Source of the DNA: Emiliania huxleyi CCMP1516
Lineage: Eukaryota
Direction of reading: 5' to 3'
DNA: 64,000 nt
Assembly: GCF_000372725.1 (NCBI RefSeq)
Contig: NW_005202368.1
Location: forward strand, 418,293-482,292
This document shows positions 22,043 to 34,659 of the stretch, piece by piece. The notes under the pieces were generated by a model that did not search any database, was not told the origin of the DNA, and saw only the letters and a list, made by a program, of their open reading frames with translations. Made by a program: the position numbers and the translations under genes. Position 1 is the stretch's first letter; every line of letters starts with the position of its first letter.

Positions 22043-22798
22043 GGCTAGTGCCATTTCACTCTGACACGCTAATCTTGAAAACGTCTCCAACGGAGCTCCG
22101 TGTTGCTTCCAGCGCCCTCCCCCGCGCTCCCTGCGGCCATGGCCGATGCTCCTAGAAAGAGAGGTCATCTGGCTACCGCGAGAGCGACCCAACTCGTCGA
22201 CATCGTCCGATGATGGTGCCGCAAAGTCAGCCTTCGGAGGCTATCGTGGGGTCGAGCCGGCAGTAGCCGTGACATGTGGTTCCACCACCCCTCGTAGGCT
22301 TTGCCTCTGACCGCCACCGTTCCCAGGCTGCCTAATGGGATGGAAAGGAAGGCTCGGCGAGCGTATAGAAGCGTGCTCGACCTCGTCGTGGCAACCTGTA
22401 CGGCAGCGCTGGTAGGCGCGATGAGCGTCGTGCCACCTGACCCGAGACGGGTCGCAGGCGTCGTACCGAGCGCGTCGAGACCGTGTCCTGATGTGATCTG
22501 CACGGGTGAGTCACGTCGGCGTCAAAGGAGCGACGTGCGACCTGTCAGAGCTTGATCTCCAATCTCAGCGGCGTCGAGTCGTCTCCGGCGGCGACAATTT
22601 TGTCCCTCCCCAGGACGCACAGAGGCAGCTGTGACCCCGCCGAGTGGACGGGGGCACTCCGCGCCACCTGCCGAGTGCCCCCGTCCACTTGGCGGGGTCG
22701 CAGCTGCCTCTGGAAGGCACCGAGAGGGACAAAATGGCGCAAATGGTCAAATCAAGGTTTTGTAACGCGAGCTGTGCCACAGTGAAATGGCACTAGCC
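22043..22798. mobile_element. MITE-like element with 25-bp TIR and 3-bp TSD (TAT), PIF/Harbinger-like
   Basis: GGCTAGTGCCATTTCACTCTGACAC at 22043 versus GTGCCACAGTGAAATGGCACTAGCC ending at 22798; TAT at 22040-22042 and 22799-22801. Confidence 0.8.
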
Positions 22799-22817
22799 TA
22801 TGACACAGCTGTCGTTT

Positions 22818-23315
22818 TCATCGAAATAATATCGACTCTTCCGCCTCCGTCGCCTCCGCCTCGAGCTCGTAGTAGAAGTACGAGTACGTCGAGTTGTGCC
22901 CAGGTACGCCGTCGGTCATCGATTCAACAAACGACTCTTCCTTCGCAAGCACGTTCTCAAGAAACCACGAGCCGGCCGCCTCGGCGCCCCACACCTCGTT
23001 CTCAACCACAAAGGCGGCCGAATGCGCCAGCCCGCTCATGATGCTCCGTGCGACTGTGAAGTGAAAGCCGCGCCCTCCTTGGAAGCGGCCTCGGCGGTGG
23101 TGGCGATGGTGGTGGTGGCGCCTCGGGAGCCACTCGGCGGTGGAGGTGGCGAAGGAAGTGTGGCCGTGCAGTTTCTCTGAAGCTAGTGGCGCGCCGGCCG
23201 CACAAGCGAAGGCGACAAGCGTGAGGCAGAGCCCTCCCAGGATGAGGGCAGAACTTCTGCACAGCCGGGCGCGCGTGCCAGACCTCGCAACCGGCCCGGA
23301 GGGCGTCGCGATCAT
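22818..23315 (-). CDS. Hypothetical membrane-anchored or secreted protein, possibly truncated next to the MITE
   Basis: 165-aa ORF with a hydrophobic segment (ALILGGLCLTLVAFACAAG), a His-rich patch and an acidic tail. Confidence 0.45.
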   Translation of the reverse strand: MIATPSGPVARSGTRARLCRSSALILGGLCLTLVAFACAAGAPLASEKLHGHTSFATSTAEWLPRRHHHHRHHRRGRFQGGRGFHFTVARSIMSGLAHSAAFVVENEVWGAEAAGSWFLENVLAKEESFVESMTDGVPGHNSTYSYFYYELEAEATEAEESILFR

Positions 23316-23529
23316 GCCGGGCCGGAACGGCTTCCTTAGAAAAGAATTCTTAAAAGTGAAGCCTCTCCCCTTATGGTTTTATTTCGTGGCCAGGACCCCG
23401 AAGGCAGCGCTGTCAGCCCACGTCTCTGCCATTGTTGAACGACAACGAGATGAGAGCTGTGATCCGTGCGTCTTGTCTTGATTTTTTGAGAGGGGAGAGA
23501 CATGCAAATTGCGGCGTACACTAAAAACA

Positions 23530-23720
23530 AAGACGTTCGGCGGCGGCTTCTCGCCCACCGCCGTTCTCAAGCTGCGCCGCCTCGCGCGCAAAGTCGCGCG
23601 CGGCAGCGTCGACCGCACGGCCTACTCGCCCAAGTACTCGCTCTCTTTTATGTCCCACCATGCAGAGCGCATCTCTCTCTCTGTTGTGCGAGGCGTACGC
23701 GAAGCGCACCAGGCACGATA
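23530..23720 (+). mobile_element. RLE C-terminal remnant of a CRE/R2-type retrotransposon
   Basis: TFGGGFSPTAVLKLRRLAR...DRTAY...SFMSHHAERISLSVVRG parallels the 15262 remnant (DHTPY...FHSAAISAAIV). Confidence 0.55.
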
Positions 23721-23890
23721 TCGACAGGCAGGAGAAGATCATCACAGGAGAAGTCATCGACGAGAACAAGCAGAGGATCGTCGGGTCTTCCCCCAAGATT
23801 TCCCCTGCGCCGGAATAGCGAGGCGTGATGTCTGATGAAGCGGCGGAGGCATGCGTTGCGGGATTGGAGAGGGGAGGGCTGGGGTGCATG

Positions 23891-24012
<122 letters not shown>

Positions 24013-24321
24013 CGAGCCAGGGCCGACGAGAGAGTAGAGAGAGAGCGAGAGAGACACGCAGAGAGAGAGAGAGCGATGTGGTCCACCGAGAGCACCCTGA
24101 TCGAGCTTTGTGAGACTCTGTCGACGCACAGACTCCACACGAGTGCCTTTTTGGAGGGGGCCTGGAGTGATTGCTACATGATTGGGCCAGAGCGCGATGT
24201 TGCACGACACGCGGCGGTCCGGTTGAGGAGGTGTTCATCCTTCATGCGTGGGGTGCGTGTTGCTACCGCCGTAGTACCCTTTCGGGATGAGGGCTCTGGT
24301 GTCGGTCGGAACACGGCTACT

Positions 24322-25459
24322 ATGGCAGAGCACGTCGACGATGCGGCTGCCTGCGGCGGCGGCACCTTCGCGGTTCGCGCCCATAGCCTGCACTTCGAAA
24401 CGGCCGCCACGCAGCTCAATTATCCTTCACCACAGCGTGTCTTCAATTCTCCTTCGCTGCGTCAAATACTGGCTGGCCGTTGGGTTTACGTGTTCGGCGA
24501 CTCCTCGTCGCGTGGGCTGTTTCTGTCGCTGTACCAGCAGCTCACGCGAGGTGACGGCTTCGATCCATCGGATTGGCTGGGCGTCGAGCGAAACATTGCG
24601 CTGCTTGGCTTCGCCGACGCCATCGTCTCCAATGCAGGCGATCTGGTCAACGTCCGCAGCGCCCGGAAGCACAAGGTTGCAGTAAGCTCCGACCTGTCCG
24701 GGCAGCTGAAATTGGTCAATGGAGCGGCGCGCTGCGTCGATGCGTATCACGTGGCGCATGTTCACCACCGCTCGAAGGCTGCAGAGCGATCCGTTCGTCG
24801 AGCTGCGCGCCAGCGTCGACAGTGCAGCTCCGGACTGCCACGTCGTCCAGCTCGGCGCGTGGGATGACATGCGGCACACCGCGCTCGAGGTGTACGCGAG
24901 GGACCTCTTCGATGGGCTCGCAGGGTGGCGACGAGCTGCGAGAGTCGCGATGATGGGGGCGGCGCCAGCGCTGGTCTTCAGCACCGCCCCGGTGCCACTC
25001 CGCGCTGCTCACGGCGGGGACGCGTGCGGTGCATGGCATGAGGCGATGTGGGCGCGGCAGAATTGGACGGTTGTTACCGCGGGCATCCATCTGCTCAATC
25101 GCGCGCGATCTGCGGCCCTGCTCCAGCGTGACCTCGCGAACGAGACGTGCCCCTGCCTCTCCCCGATCGCACGGATGCGTGCACGCGGAGGCAGGTTTGA
25201 GTCCATGTACTACCATCCGCCGCACCTGCACAACCTCTGGGACGTGCAGCAGCTCGCCGGCCATCTGCGCGAGCAGTGGGCCGTCCATGTCCATCTAGCG
25301 AGCGCTGTGCGCGAGGCACCACGCCGGCGCGGCGCGTCTGTCACGGTCGGGCTGGCACAGGACGTCCGTGCTGGCTGCTGCTGCGAATTGCCGAGCAACC
25401 TGAGCGTCGAGGCCGGGCAGATTGGAATGTGGGCAAACCTCTGCAGAGTCAGTCTTTGA
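24322..25459 (+). CDS. SGNH/PC-esterase-like protein with a frameshift or unrecognised intron near 24680-24720
   Basis: LAGRWVYVFGDSSSRGLF (GDS motif) in one frame; HVVQLGAWD, LVFST, IHLLNRA and YHPP in the next frame. Confidence 0.55.
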
Positions 25460-26035
25460 GGTATGTGCTGCGTGGTAGTGTGGCACAGCACGCGTTGTGT
25501 TGCCGCGTGGTTGGGTTGTTGGTTGGTGGTGGTGATGTAGGGCTGGTGGGACCCTTGATTGATGGCTGCAGTTTCCAAGATAAGGTAAGGTAAGGTAAAT
25601 TTCTCCACACACACAAAGTGGTGGGGCAAGGGGGTGCGACCCTCGCATCTCCACACCCGGACACGGGCAGGAGCCCCACGGCATTCAAAGTGCAAGCACT
25701 GGCCCGGTGCACGTGGGTGAGCAGCCTGCCCCTCCCTCCCGACAAACCACGAACTCCCGCACACACACAATCGCACTCTGGCCATCGAATGACTCCGAAT
25801 GACTCACTGTGTGTGCTAAGACAGAATCTCCGCAGACAGCCAAAACGGGCCGTGCCGCGTTTGTGGTGTCCTCTCAAGCACTAGCATCTGGGCGCCGCAC
25901 TCGAGTGGGCGGGTCACATCTATGTGGGCCCAGTGCGCACTAGGCGCATATGCTAGTGCTATCCTGCCCTATGGGAGGCAGAGGGATGGGGGGCGGGGGG
26001 GGCAGAGGTAAGGTGGGGTGAGACTGGGGAGGACC

Positions 26036-26940
26036 TCAGAGATCCTCCATGGGGGTGGGGTCCGGCTCGAAAAGGTCAAAGTGCTCGATGCCGGTCCCGC
26101 CATCGCCGCCGACGCCGTCGCCCTCGTCCGCCTCGGAGGCGGAGGTCGTCGGGCGGGGCGCCTCGCCCGTCGCGAACCTGCCGCCGAACACGGCGTCGGC
26201 CGGCGCCGAGGCGCCGGCAGCCGTGATCAGGTCGGCGACCTTTCGGTCCCTGCAGGCCGCATCAATTTTGCCGCTCCGGGACGGCTCGTAGAGCTCGTTG
26301 GCGAGCCAGTCCCGGGCGACCTTCGTCGCCACGGAGCCCAGAGGGACCATGGCGTACACCAGGTCGCCGAACCCGCTGCCCCCCTCGGGAGGCAGCGAGT
26401 AGGCGACCTGAATATTGGACCCGCTGGGGTTGCGCGCCGCCTGCGCCGCAGCCTCCAAGCCCTCCATCACGAACTCGACGTTCTCGCGCAGCTGCGCGTG
26501 CGGGTAGTCCGCACGCTCGGCCTCGCTCGCGGCCGCCGCCGCAGCCTTCCTCTCCGCCTTGTTCGCCTTCTGCCGGGCCTTTTTGGCCCTGCGAGCCGCG
26601 GCCCGAGCATCCTTCTGCTCCTCCGTCGGCTCCTGCTTCCGCGACGCGGTGCGCTCGACGATCGAGCGCTCCGCCGCCTGCACCGGCTCGCGGTCGCCCG
26701 CGGCCTTCTCGGACTTCAGCTCGAAGGTCGCCGTCCCGTAGCCAGGGCACTCATACCTGAGCTGCGACACACCTGCGAGCCTTGCGGCAATGAGGCAGTC
26801 TTCCATGTGCGCGCGATCGCAGCGATTCCAGGGTCGTCCGCGGCGCGTTCCCGGCGGCCCGACGGTGGCCGGCGCTTGCGCGCCAGCCCCGTCCGCCGCC
26901 GGCTCCGCGGCCGCGGTCCCTGTCATAGCTACGCGCACCA
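26036..26940 (-). CDS. Hypothetical protein (charged coil plus globular segment), possibly element-associated
   Basis: The 3' part of ORF 26036..27763 is protein-like (DYPHAQLRENVEFVMEGLE, GFGDLVYAMVPLGSVATKVARDWLANELY); no family recognised. Confidence 0.45.
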
Positions 26941-27865
26941 TGGGGCGAAGTGCCCGCCGTGTGTGAACGTCCAAGAAGTTCGACTGCGGCGAGTACGACT
27001 CGGACGACGACGGACGCGGGCCCTGCGCACGCAACAATTCCACTACAACCCCAAACATTTCGAGTAGACTGAATCCGAACCCGGTGTTTCTAAACACCAC
27101 CCTATATTCTAAAATCGGCGGTCGGCTACTCGCACGCCTTTGGACACCACAAGGCGAGGTACTTCGAGCGAGTTTCTTTTTCTGGTGCCGTGTTTCTTTT
27201 TCGTGAAGGCACCCGCAGCCGTAAAACCGAGAATGCCTTCCTGAACTTGCAGCTCTGGCCGGGGCGGGTGTGTGGCGCGTGTTGGGCGCGCGAGTGTGTG
27301 AGCTGCCCGATGCGGCGGAGTGATCGACGATGTGCGTGACGCGCCCGCGCGCGGTGCGCGCGGGCGCCTGGTATGCGCGGCGTGCCACGCGGGCGCTGCC
27401 GTTGCCGGCGCTGTGGGTGCTGCGTGAGGTGTGGACGTGGCTTGCGGCTGAGGCCCTTGCGACTCTGTAACGAACGTGTGTCGGGTGGTGGGGCCCCGGG
27501 GGGGGTTTGGGAGTTGTTACTTCTCCTTTCTCTCGAAAGCGCGCGAAGCGTCGGCGGGGCAGTCGCCGTGCCCAGTGGGCGGGTCCCTCTACTACCCCAC
27601 GCCGCGGGGGTCCCACAGGGTGTTGGGAGGCGCGGTGCGCGCCTGGGGGGGGGGGGAGGGGAGGGGGGGTGGGGGGGTGGCCCCTGGACGCCTCGTACCG
27701 CTGCTTCCGCAGCCATGTTGCAGCGGTCCGGTCAGCGCTCAGCGGTGTGTCGTGTGCGGGCAAGAATCCAGAAACGAACCGCGCGTGCGTAGACGTGTAA
27801 GGTACTCAGTAGTCAAATAGAGCCGCACGTGAGTAATTTCACTAGCACACACACTAAACCGCGGG

Positions 27866-28056
27866 TCACCCTTTCGAGGCGGATGCGGCGCCCATCCCCG
27901 TGGGGTCTGCTAAATAGGCGACCCGCGCGTCCGGCGGCAGGTGCGGCGCCACCGCCTCGGCCGACGTCGCCCAGAAGCGGTTCACAGAGAGCACGTGGTG
28001 AGGGTCGCCGTTGGAACCGCCACCGCCGCCACCGCCGCCCCCTCCCCTGCCGCTGC

Positions 28057-28090
<34 letters not shown>

Positions 28091-29015
28091 GCCACCGCCA
28101 CCGCCGCCACCGCCACCGCCGCCACCGCCGCCACCGCCGCCACCGCCGCCGCCACCGCCACCGCCGCCGGAGGGGCCAAGGCCGCGTATCTCGTGCGCGG
28201 CACAAGCGGGGAGGAAGAGCAGCTCGCCTGCGCGAGATTCAGCCGAGAGATGGAGATATGGCCGTGATGCGGCCGAGGTACAGCCGAGAGGCAGCCGAGA
28301 GGTAGCCGAGAGGTAGCCGAGAGACATAGACATAGCCGAGAGGCATTCAAGACATACCACCCTCGTCCCAGGCGAACCAACTATGAGCAGCTCGCCTTGA
28401 CCGAGGTGCAGCCGAGATGTGGCCGAGGTGCAGCCGAGGCAAGCCTCTCTGATCAAATCCCTCATCACACACACACATCACAAATGGGCAGGAGATCAGA
28501 ATCTCATCGATACCAGCCCCTTGCGCTCTCTTCACACCGGCGCTCTCACAACAGACCGTGGGTCACACGAGATATGGGGAGATATGGGGAGATATGGGGA
28601 GATATGGCGCTCTCACGGCAGATTGTGGGTCACACGGGGCCGACTACAGTGTGCAGCGGGGAGGCGGAGGGCTACTCGTACCGGGAGATATGGGCAGATA
28701 TGGGCAGATATGGGGAGATATGGGGAGTACCTGGACCGAGTGTGACCTCGTACCGGGAGATATGGGCAGATATGGGCAGATATGGGCAGATATGGGGAGA
28801 TATGGGGAGTACCTGGACGGAGTGTGACCTCGTACCGGGAGATATGGGCAGATATGGGCAGATATGGGGAGATATGGGGAGTACCTGGACGGAGTGTCAC
28901 CTCGTACCTTGCCGCCAGCGCCTCCCGCAGAGCGGGATCGAGCTCACCGCCGCTCCCATCGCCGCCGCTCCCCTCGCCGCCGCCACTGCCGCCGCCCCCG
29001 CCCCTGCCGCTGCCA

Positions 29016-29066
<51 letters not shown>

Positions 29067-30622
29067 GAGTCTGCCGCCGCCTCGAGGGCGCGGCGAAGGG
29101 CGAGGCGCGAAAAGGCCCACGACATGCCTGAGAAGAAGAAGAAGAAGAATGAGAACCGTACGAAGACCACGCGCAGCAACAGCAATCGCCTTGTGGGTCG
29201 ACGGCGTGTGGCCGGAGCGCGCGCCAGTGGCTCGGCGGGAAGACTAGCACCTCCTTCTCCCCGGAGAGCTGCAGCTTAATTAATTAATTAATTAATTAAC
29301 TAAGTAATTAATTAACACACTCCTTCTCCCCGGAGAGCTGCAGCAGCGTCCCATCGGTGACGTCGATATGGAGGGGCTCAGTGTGGCCCGCCTACGACGT
29401 GTCTGGGAGGTGTCTAGGAAGTGTCTAGGAGGTGTCTAGGAGGTGTCTAGGAGGTGTCTAGGAGATGTCTAGGAGGTGTCTAGGAAGTGTCTAGGAGGTG
29501 TCTAGGAGGTGTCTAGGAAGTGTCTAGGAGGTGTCTAGGAAGTGTCTAGGAGGTGTCTAGGAGGTGTCTAGGAGGTGTCTAGGAGGTGTCTAGGAAGTGT
29601 CTAGGAGGTGTCTAGGAGGTGTCTAGGAAGTGTCTAGGAGGTGTCTAGGAAGTGTCTAGGAGGTGTCTAGGAGGTGTCTAGGAGGTGTCTAGGAAGTGTC
29701 TAGGAGGTGTCTAGGAAGTGTCTACGAAGTGTCTAGGAAGTGTCGTAGGAAGTAGTGGGCCCGCCGGCCCCCACCACGCGTTGACCAGCGGGCCGTACAG
29801 CGCGTGCCTGATTAACTAAGTCATCCGTGGTGAATGAATGACCGAATTAGTCGATGAGGCGGCCGTACAGCGCGCGCCTAATACCGCACCACGGAGCCTG
29901 AGCCCACACCGGAGTCGATGCTCTGGAGGTATCGTACTAGGCCGTAGCAGCGCGTGCATGCGCAAGCCGCATGCTTCGCCGACGGCGTCGAAGAGCGGCG
30001 CGAGGACGGCACCGGCGCGCGACGAGGCGACATCGCTTTGGACGTAGCAGTCGTTGGAGGCGGCGATGCCGGACCTGTTCACAGCGGGAAGAGCTGCGAA
30101 GAGACGCTGTTTGCAGAAGGCTCCCCGCCGACAACGACGCCGAACCTGTTCACAGCAGTAGAAGTGGTGAAGGAGACGTTCGCCGCAGCCGTTGGCGGCG
30201 GCGATGCCGGACCGGATCGAGTCAGCGAAGAGCGGCGCTGTCGTCGTCACCGTGCTCCGCATGTGCTTCCGGCCCGTCCACCGATCGGGACTCGTCGCGT
30301 ACCCGTCTCCACCGTGGATGCGGCACGTCAGCGGCAGGTGAGCGCCGACCGCCGCGGCAAAGCCGCTCAGCCCCCAGTCCTCTCGGGCGAGCGCGCCGAG
30401 CGTGCCCTCGACGAGCAGCGGTGTGCCCTCGCGCTGGTGCCGGGCAAACACGCGCGGCGAAAGCTGCGTGGCGTGGATCCGCTCCACAGCCCGGCCGGTG
30501 CGAGGCACGAGGCAGAGCGGCCGCAGCGGCGGGCGCGGGAGCGTGGATCGCCTGTCGATGGCGTGACGCCGGCTCGCCCACGAACTGCGCACTGTGAAGG
30601 CGGCAGTAGTGCACTCTGGCAT
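27866..30622 (-). CDS. JmjC/cupin-8 family 2-oxoglutarate Fe(II) hydroxylase, multi-intron, with poly-Gly tracts
   Basis: Spliced reading gives NAWWGPAGHTEPLHIDVTDGTLLQLSGRRSVLVFPP...VTLRPGELLFLPACAAHEI...SVNRFW (HxD...H triad), plus N-terminal GTPLLVEG. Confidence 0.8.
29405..29750. repeat. Intronic 11-nt minisatellite (GGTGTCTAGGA/AGTGTCTAGGA)n
   Basis: Seen directly inside a JmjC intron. Confidence 0.95.
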
Positions 30623-30904
30623 GAGGTGGAACGAGGCTGCTCTGAGGAGCGGGCCGCGAGCAAAGCAAACCACACGGGCGTCTTCGCTGTTTATTCACAG
30701 CACGCCTACCCTGGGGTCGCCTCGTGAATAAACGAGTTCTGGCTCGCTGCTCTTACTGCAGCCGCCTCCGAGGCCGGCGCTGGCTGGCTCACCTCGCCAG
30801 TGCTGTCCAAGCCTGCGAGAGGCGTGTCGGCTCGCCGCCTGCGTCGCCCGCGGCGGGCGCGCGTGGCGTGCCGCTGGTCGGGAGTGCCCAGCAGGCTGTG
30901 AGTA

Positions 30905-31403
30905 TGTGTGTGTGGGCTGCTCCGAGGGGGCCCTCTGTGCGATCCGACGGGTAGGGGGGCTGTGCCCGGGCGGTGTCCGGTGTGGAGTCCCCTTCTGATC
31001 CCGCCTGGGATGTTGGGTGTGAGGTTGTGGCGGCTTCGATCCCAAGGGGGGGAGCTGATCCCACTCAATAACCAACTCTCAGGGGCAGTAGGTGGGCGAG
31101 CTTCAGGCACGCTCATCTCGATCGTCAAGACGTCGCTACGCGCGGTCTTCCGCGGGGGGAGCTGCGTCGACGGGTGCGGGACCGCGGCGCGGCCAGTGCC
31201 GCGGCGAGGCCTCCGGCTGTTTGCGGCGGGCGGCTTGCTGCTCGCGGCGATGGCGAAAAACTCGTCTCGCCACACGCCAAGGGCTTATGCTCTGGCGAGA
31301 CGTGAGGCGCATGCGCCCAGGAGGGGAGGGGGCATGTGTAACGACACTGCTAGAGATGCCTTTCGGGGCCCAGAGATAAAACTTCTGTGATGCCATGCGT
31401 GAC
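30905..31403 (+). repeat. Dispersed repeat family A (3'-truncated copy)
   Basis: Near-identical to 37108-37606. Confidence 0.9.
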
Positions 31404-33036
31404 CTCCCCCCCTCCCCCCCCCCTCCGGCCGCGGCCATGCAGCATGCCCTAACACTAAGTCGAGCAGCGCCCGCTCGGTGTTGCCGAAGGCGACAAAAGC
31501 CCCCTTCCAGCCGAGCCGGTCGCCACCCTTGCACGCAAGCGAGCTCGTGAGTTTCAAGTCGCCAACGAGGCGCACATGCCCTTTGCCGATGTTCGCCGCC
31601 GCCACGTCAGGTTGTTTTGGGTTACTGTAACTGAGGTGTGCAGTCGGCTCCATCTCGATGAGCATGCCCCACGCCGAGCGAAGGGTCTTGACGAGTCGTT
31701 TGAGCAGGTATTTGTGTCGTGTCGCGTGCTTCGCACGCGGGTTGACCATTGCGGCATCGCCGAGTTCTTCGTGCGGCTTGCCGTTTGGCGCCTTCTTGCC
31801 CGCCTCCACCGCCTGGCAGGCAACATCGAGCGGGAGGCCGAGGCGGCGCTGAACTGTAATGCGCATCGCCCACGTCTCCATCTTCATATCATCCCGCATG
31901 GGGATCGCATTCAGGAAGGCGCCAGCCGACGGTGTACCGCCGCTGCGCCTGCTGTAAGAACTCGCTGGTAGACGAGAACTCCGGAAGAGGCAGCAGCTCC
32001 GCCGCCGGCGTAAGCTTGGGCGGGTGGTAGCGGCGCCGTCGCACCGCCTTGGTCTCCTGGAAGGGCCCGACGACGTCTTGGTATAGCGTGCGCCCGTCCC
32101 ACTCGCGCCACGTCTTGCCGACCTCGTCGCGAAGGGCGCGGAGGTGTTTGTGAGCCTCCCGAAGCTCGTCGAAGCGCTCTCCCGGCGCGAGGGCCAATGG
32201 CTCGTGCAGCTCGCGTATCGGCCGCGTGACGAGGGCCCACGTGCCGACCCACGCCGCCTCACGGATGTCCATGGCACTGGTCAGGCCCATACCGCCCTGA
32301 GGGGTGGCCCGTCTACCGTCTACCGGTAGACCGGGTAGACGGTAGACCATTTGGTAGACGAGTCTACCGGCAGTCTACCGGTAGACCGTAATGAACCTAC
32401 GACCCCAGTCTACCGGTAGACTTGGTAGACCGCGGTAGACTGGTCTACCCCTTTTTCAGCCGCCGAACGGTAGACCGCCCGCCGGACGGTCGGTAGACCG
32501 CCTCGGCCGTTTGAATATGCAGCCTCCAGTTCTCCACTCTGGCGCCACTTTGGCAGACGAGCGCCGGCAGATGCCCTCGCGGCCTGCCGGCGAACGTCCG
32601 TCCGGCGAGAACGCGCGATGAAAGTGCGGTCTGCCGCGCGGGCGAAATCTGCCGGTGAGAGAGGCTGTTGAGCGCGGTCGCTGTGAGCTTCACCTCATGC
32701 CATTTCCGTGCGAGGCAGCTCCGTGTCTTTTATGAGATCAAATGAACGTCTTTACACACTCATCGGGCGGAACCGCTCACTGCAGAGCGCCGCCCTCTCG
32801 CGGCTCTCGAGAGCGAGTTTTCGCCAGACAGCCACACGTCCATTATGGCGCGCGTTCTCGCCGGACGGACGTTCGCCGGCAGGCCGCGAGGGCATCTGCC
32901 GGCGCTCGTCTGCCAAAGTGGCGCCAGAGTGGAGAACTGGAGGCTGCATATTCAAACGGCCGAGGCGGTCTACCGTCCGGCGGCGGCGGTCTACCGTTCG
33001 GCGGCTGAAAAAGGGATACTCGAGTCTACCGCGGTC

Positions 33037-33075
<39 letters not shown>

Positions 33076-33297
33076 CCGCCACTAGCTGGCTCAAGTGCGC
33101 GGGCGTGGCGACCGCAGTAAGGCTTCTCTTTTTGCACATCGACTCTTCCCTGCTGTCTAAGGTCTGTGAAAAGAACTAGTCAGAGGAGTTGCACACACGT
33201 GTCCGTGTCGGTTGTCTGAACGTCAAGGTCTCGAAAAAGCGCTAGTGAGAGGAGTTGCACACACGTGTCGGTTATTAACCGATCACGCTTGCACAGA

Positions 33298-33475
33298 TCA
33301 CAGCTCCAAGGACTCGACCTTCTTGGGAAGCAGAGCGTTCGCAATGCCATCCCCGTGGCCGAGGCAGCCGTACATGCCGCTGCCCCAGGTGAAGACGGCG
33401 CCGTTGGCGGTGACAGTGAGGCTGTGTTCGGATCCCGCCGAAACGGCGACGACGCGCTGCCCTGCCAACGCTGCT
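33298..33475 (-). pseudogene. Captured RCC1-repeat fragment
   Basis: Hand translation ALAGQRVVAVSAGSEHSLTVTANGAVFTWGSGMYGCLGHGDGIANALLPKKVESLEL* is a canonical RCC1 repeat; no start context. Confidence 0.85.
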
Positions 33476-33637
33476 CAGCAAGCAAGTTTTCTCCGACGAA
33501 AAGGCGAGCCGAAGCGAGATAGGCGGATGAATGAATAAGGGGAAAGATGGACAGACACTTCACGGGCACCACGATGAGGACACCTCTGTGGAACTTTGCC
33601 TCAAACCTGTGCCTGCCCGAGTCTGGGTTGTCGCTCC

Positions 33638-33907
33638 ATGAGAGCGTCTCTCGCGACGCTGCTGTTCGGCCTCGCGCTCCACCTTTCCTCCTCTGTCGTG
33701 CTCGCGGCACCGAAGAAGAAGAAGCGCGGGCCTGGGGGGGGGAACGAGCAGACCAAGATGTTCAACGGTGCCCCGGCCGGTTTCGAGGATGGAGGGCTAA
33801 CCGCACAGGAGTGCTATGAGTTCGCGCGGTCAACTTGGAAGGAGCTCGCACCCAGGTGGGCAGATGAGATCAAGCCTCTCCTTGAGCAGGCCGTCAAGGA
33901 GTGGTAG
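33638..33907 (+). CDS. Small signal-peptide ORF or captured 5' gene fragment
   Basis: MRASLATLLFGLALHLSSSVVLAAPKKKKRG...ECYEFARSTWKELAPRW. Confidence 0.4.
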   Translation: MRASLATLLFGLALHLSSSVVLAAPKKKKRGPGGGNEQTKMFNGAPAGFEDGGLTAQECYEFARSTWKELAPRWADEIKPLLEQAVKEW

Positions 33908-34659
33908 GTAGTAGCGAAGAGTGGAGAGTACTCTGGTTTACCTCTTGTTTAGCAGAATGCTCTCACGTAAAAAGACATGCAAAAGGGGGGAGGAGGACGG
34001 TGGCACGGCTCGGCTTTTCTTGCCCTCATGCAGTGCGGGTCGCGAGTCGGCTCACTGAGGGATACACTCTGTCCGGATGACCGCCGCGCCGGACCACGGC
34101 GGCGACGCGAGGGTGACGACAGGACAAGACGCCGACCAGTACTGCCGAGCCGGGGAGACTCCGCAGCGTGCCACTGCAGGCAACAGGAAGGCAGCGACGG
34201 GAGTGCGGTGGCTGCGATTGCAAGCAGCCGAAGCGTCGAAGCCACAGCGCTGCCGCTGTCACAGTGTCGAAACGCCAGCGGAGGATGACGGGAGGAGACA
34301 CAAACCTCAGCGCCTGTTCCGACACACAAAGATCCACGAAGGCGCGCTTCTGATTCCTTCGATGTGCGGCGAATCCTCAGAGCACAGTGTCGTTCTTGGC
34401 AGCGGCACGTCGTGACACTTGCTGGCGCTGTGGGCGTCGGTGAAAGAGCGGCGAAGACGTGTCGATCGACTCGCGTGATCAACCGCATCACTGGCGTGAA
34501 GATGAGGTCTGATTCTGGCACCATCGCTTGAGACTTGCCCCAAATGGTACTGGGAACGCATTCACATCTACATGCTGTGAACAAATTCCACTTTCGTCCA
34601 TAACTAGTGCCCACGTGCTCCTTCGGCCATTTTTCGACGCCGAAATCGACTCCTAAGTA

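Noticed and set aside
23825..23860. CTGATGA as a hammerhead ribozyme core (also near 40095)
   Set aside because: I could not find the matching GAAA and flanking stems by eye.
25878..25960. Short inverted repeat AGCACTAGCAT...ATGCTAGTGCT
   Set aside because: Only about 11 perfect bp, single occurrence, and no TSD or other support.
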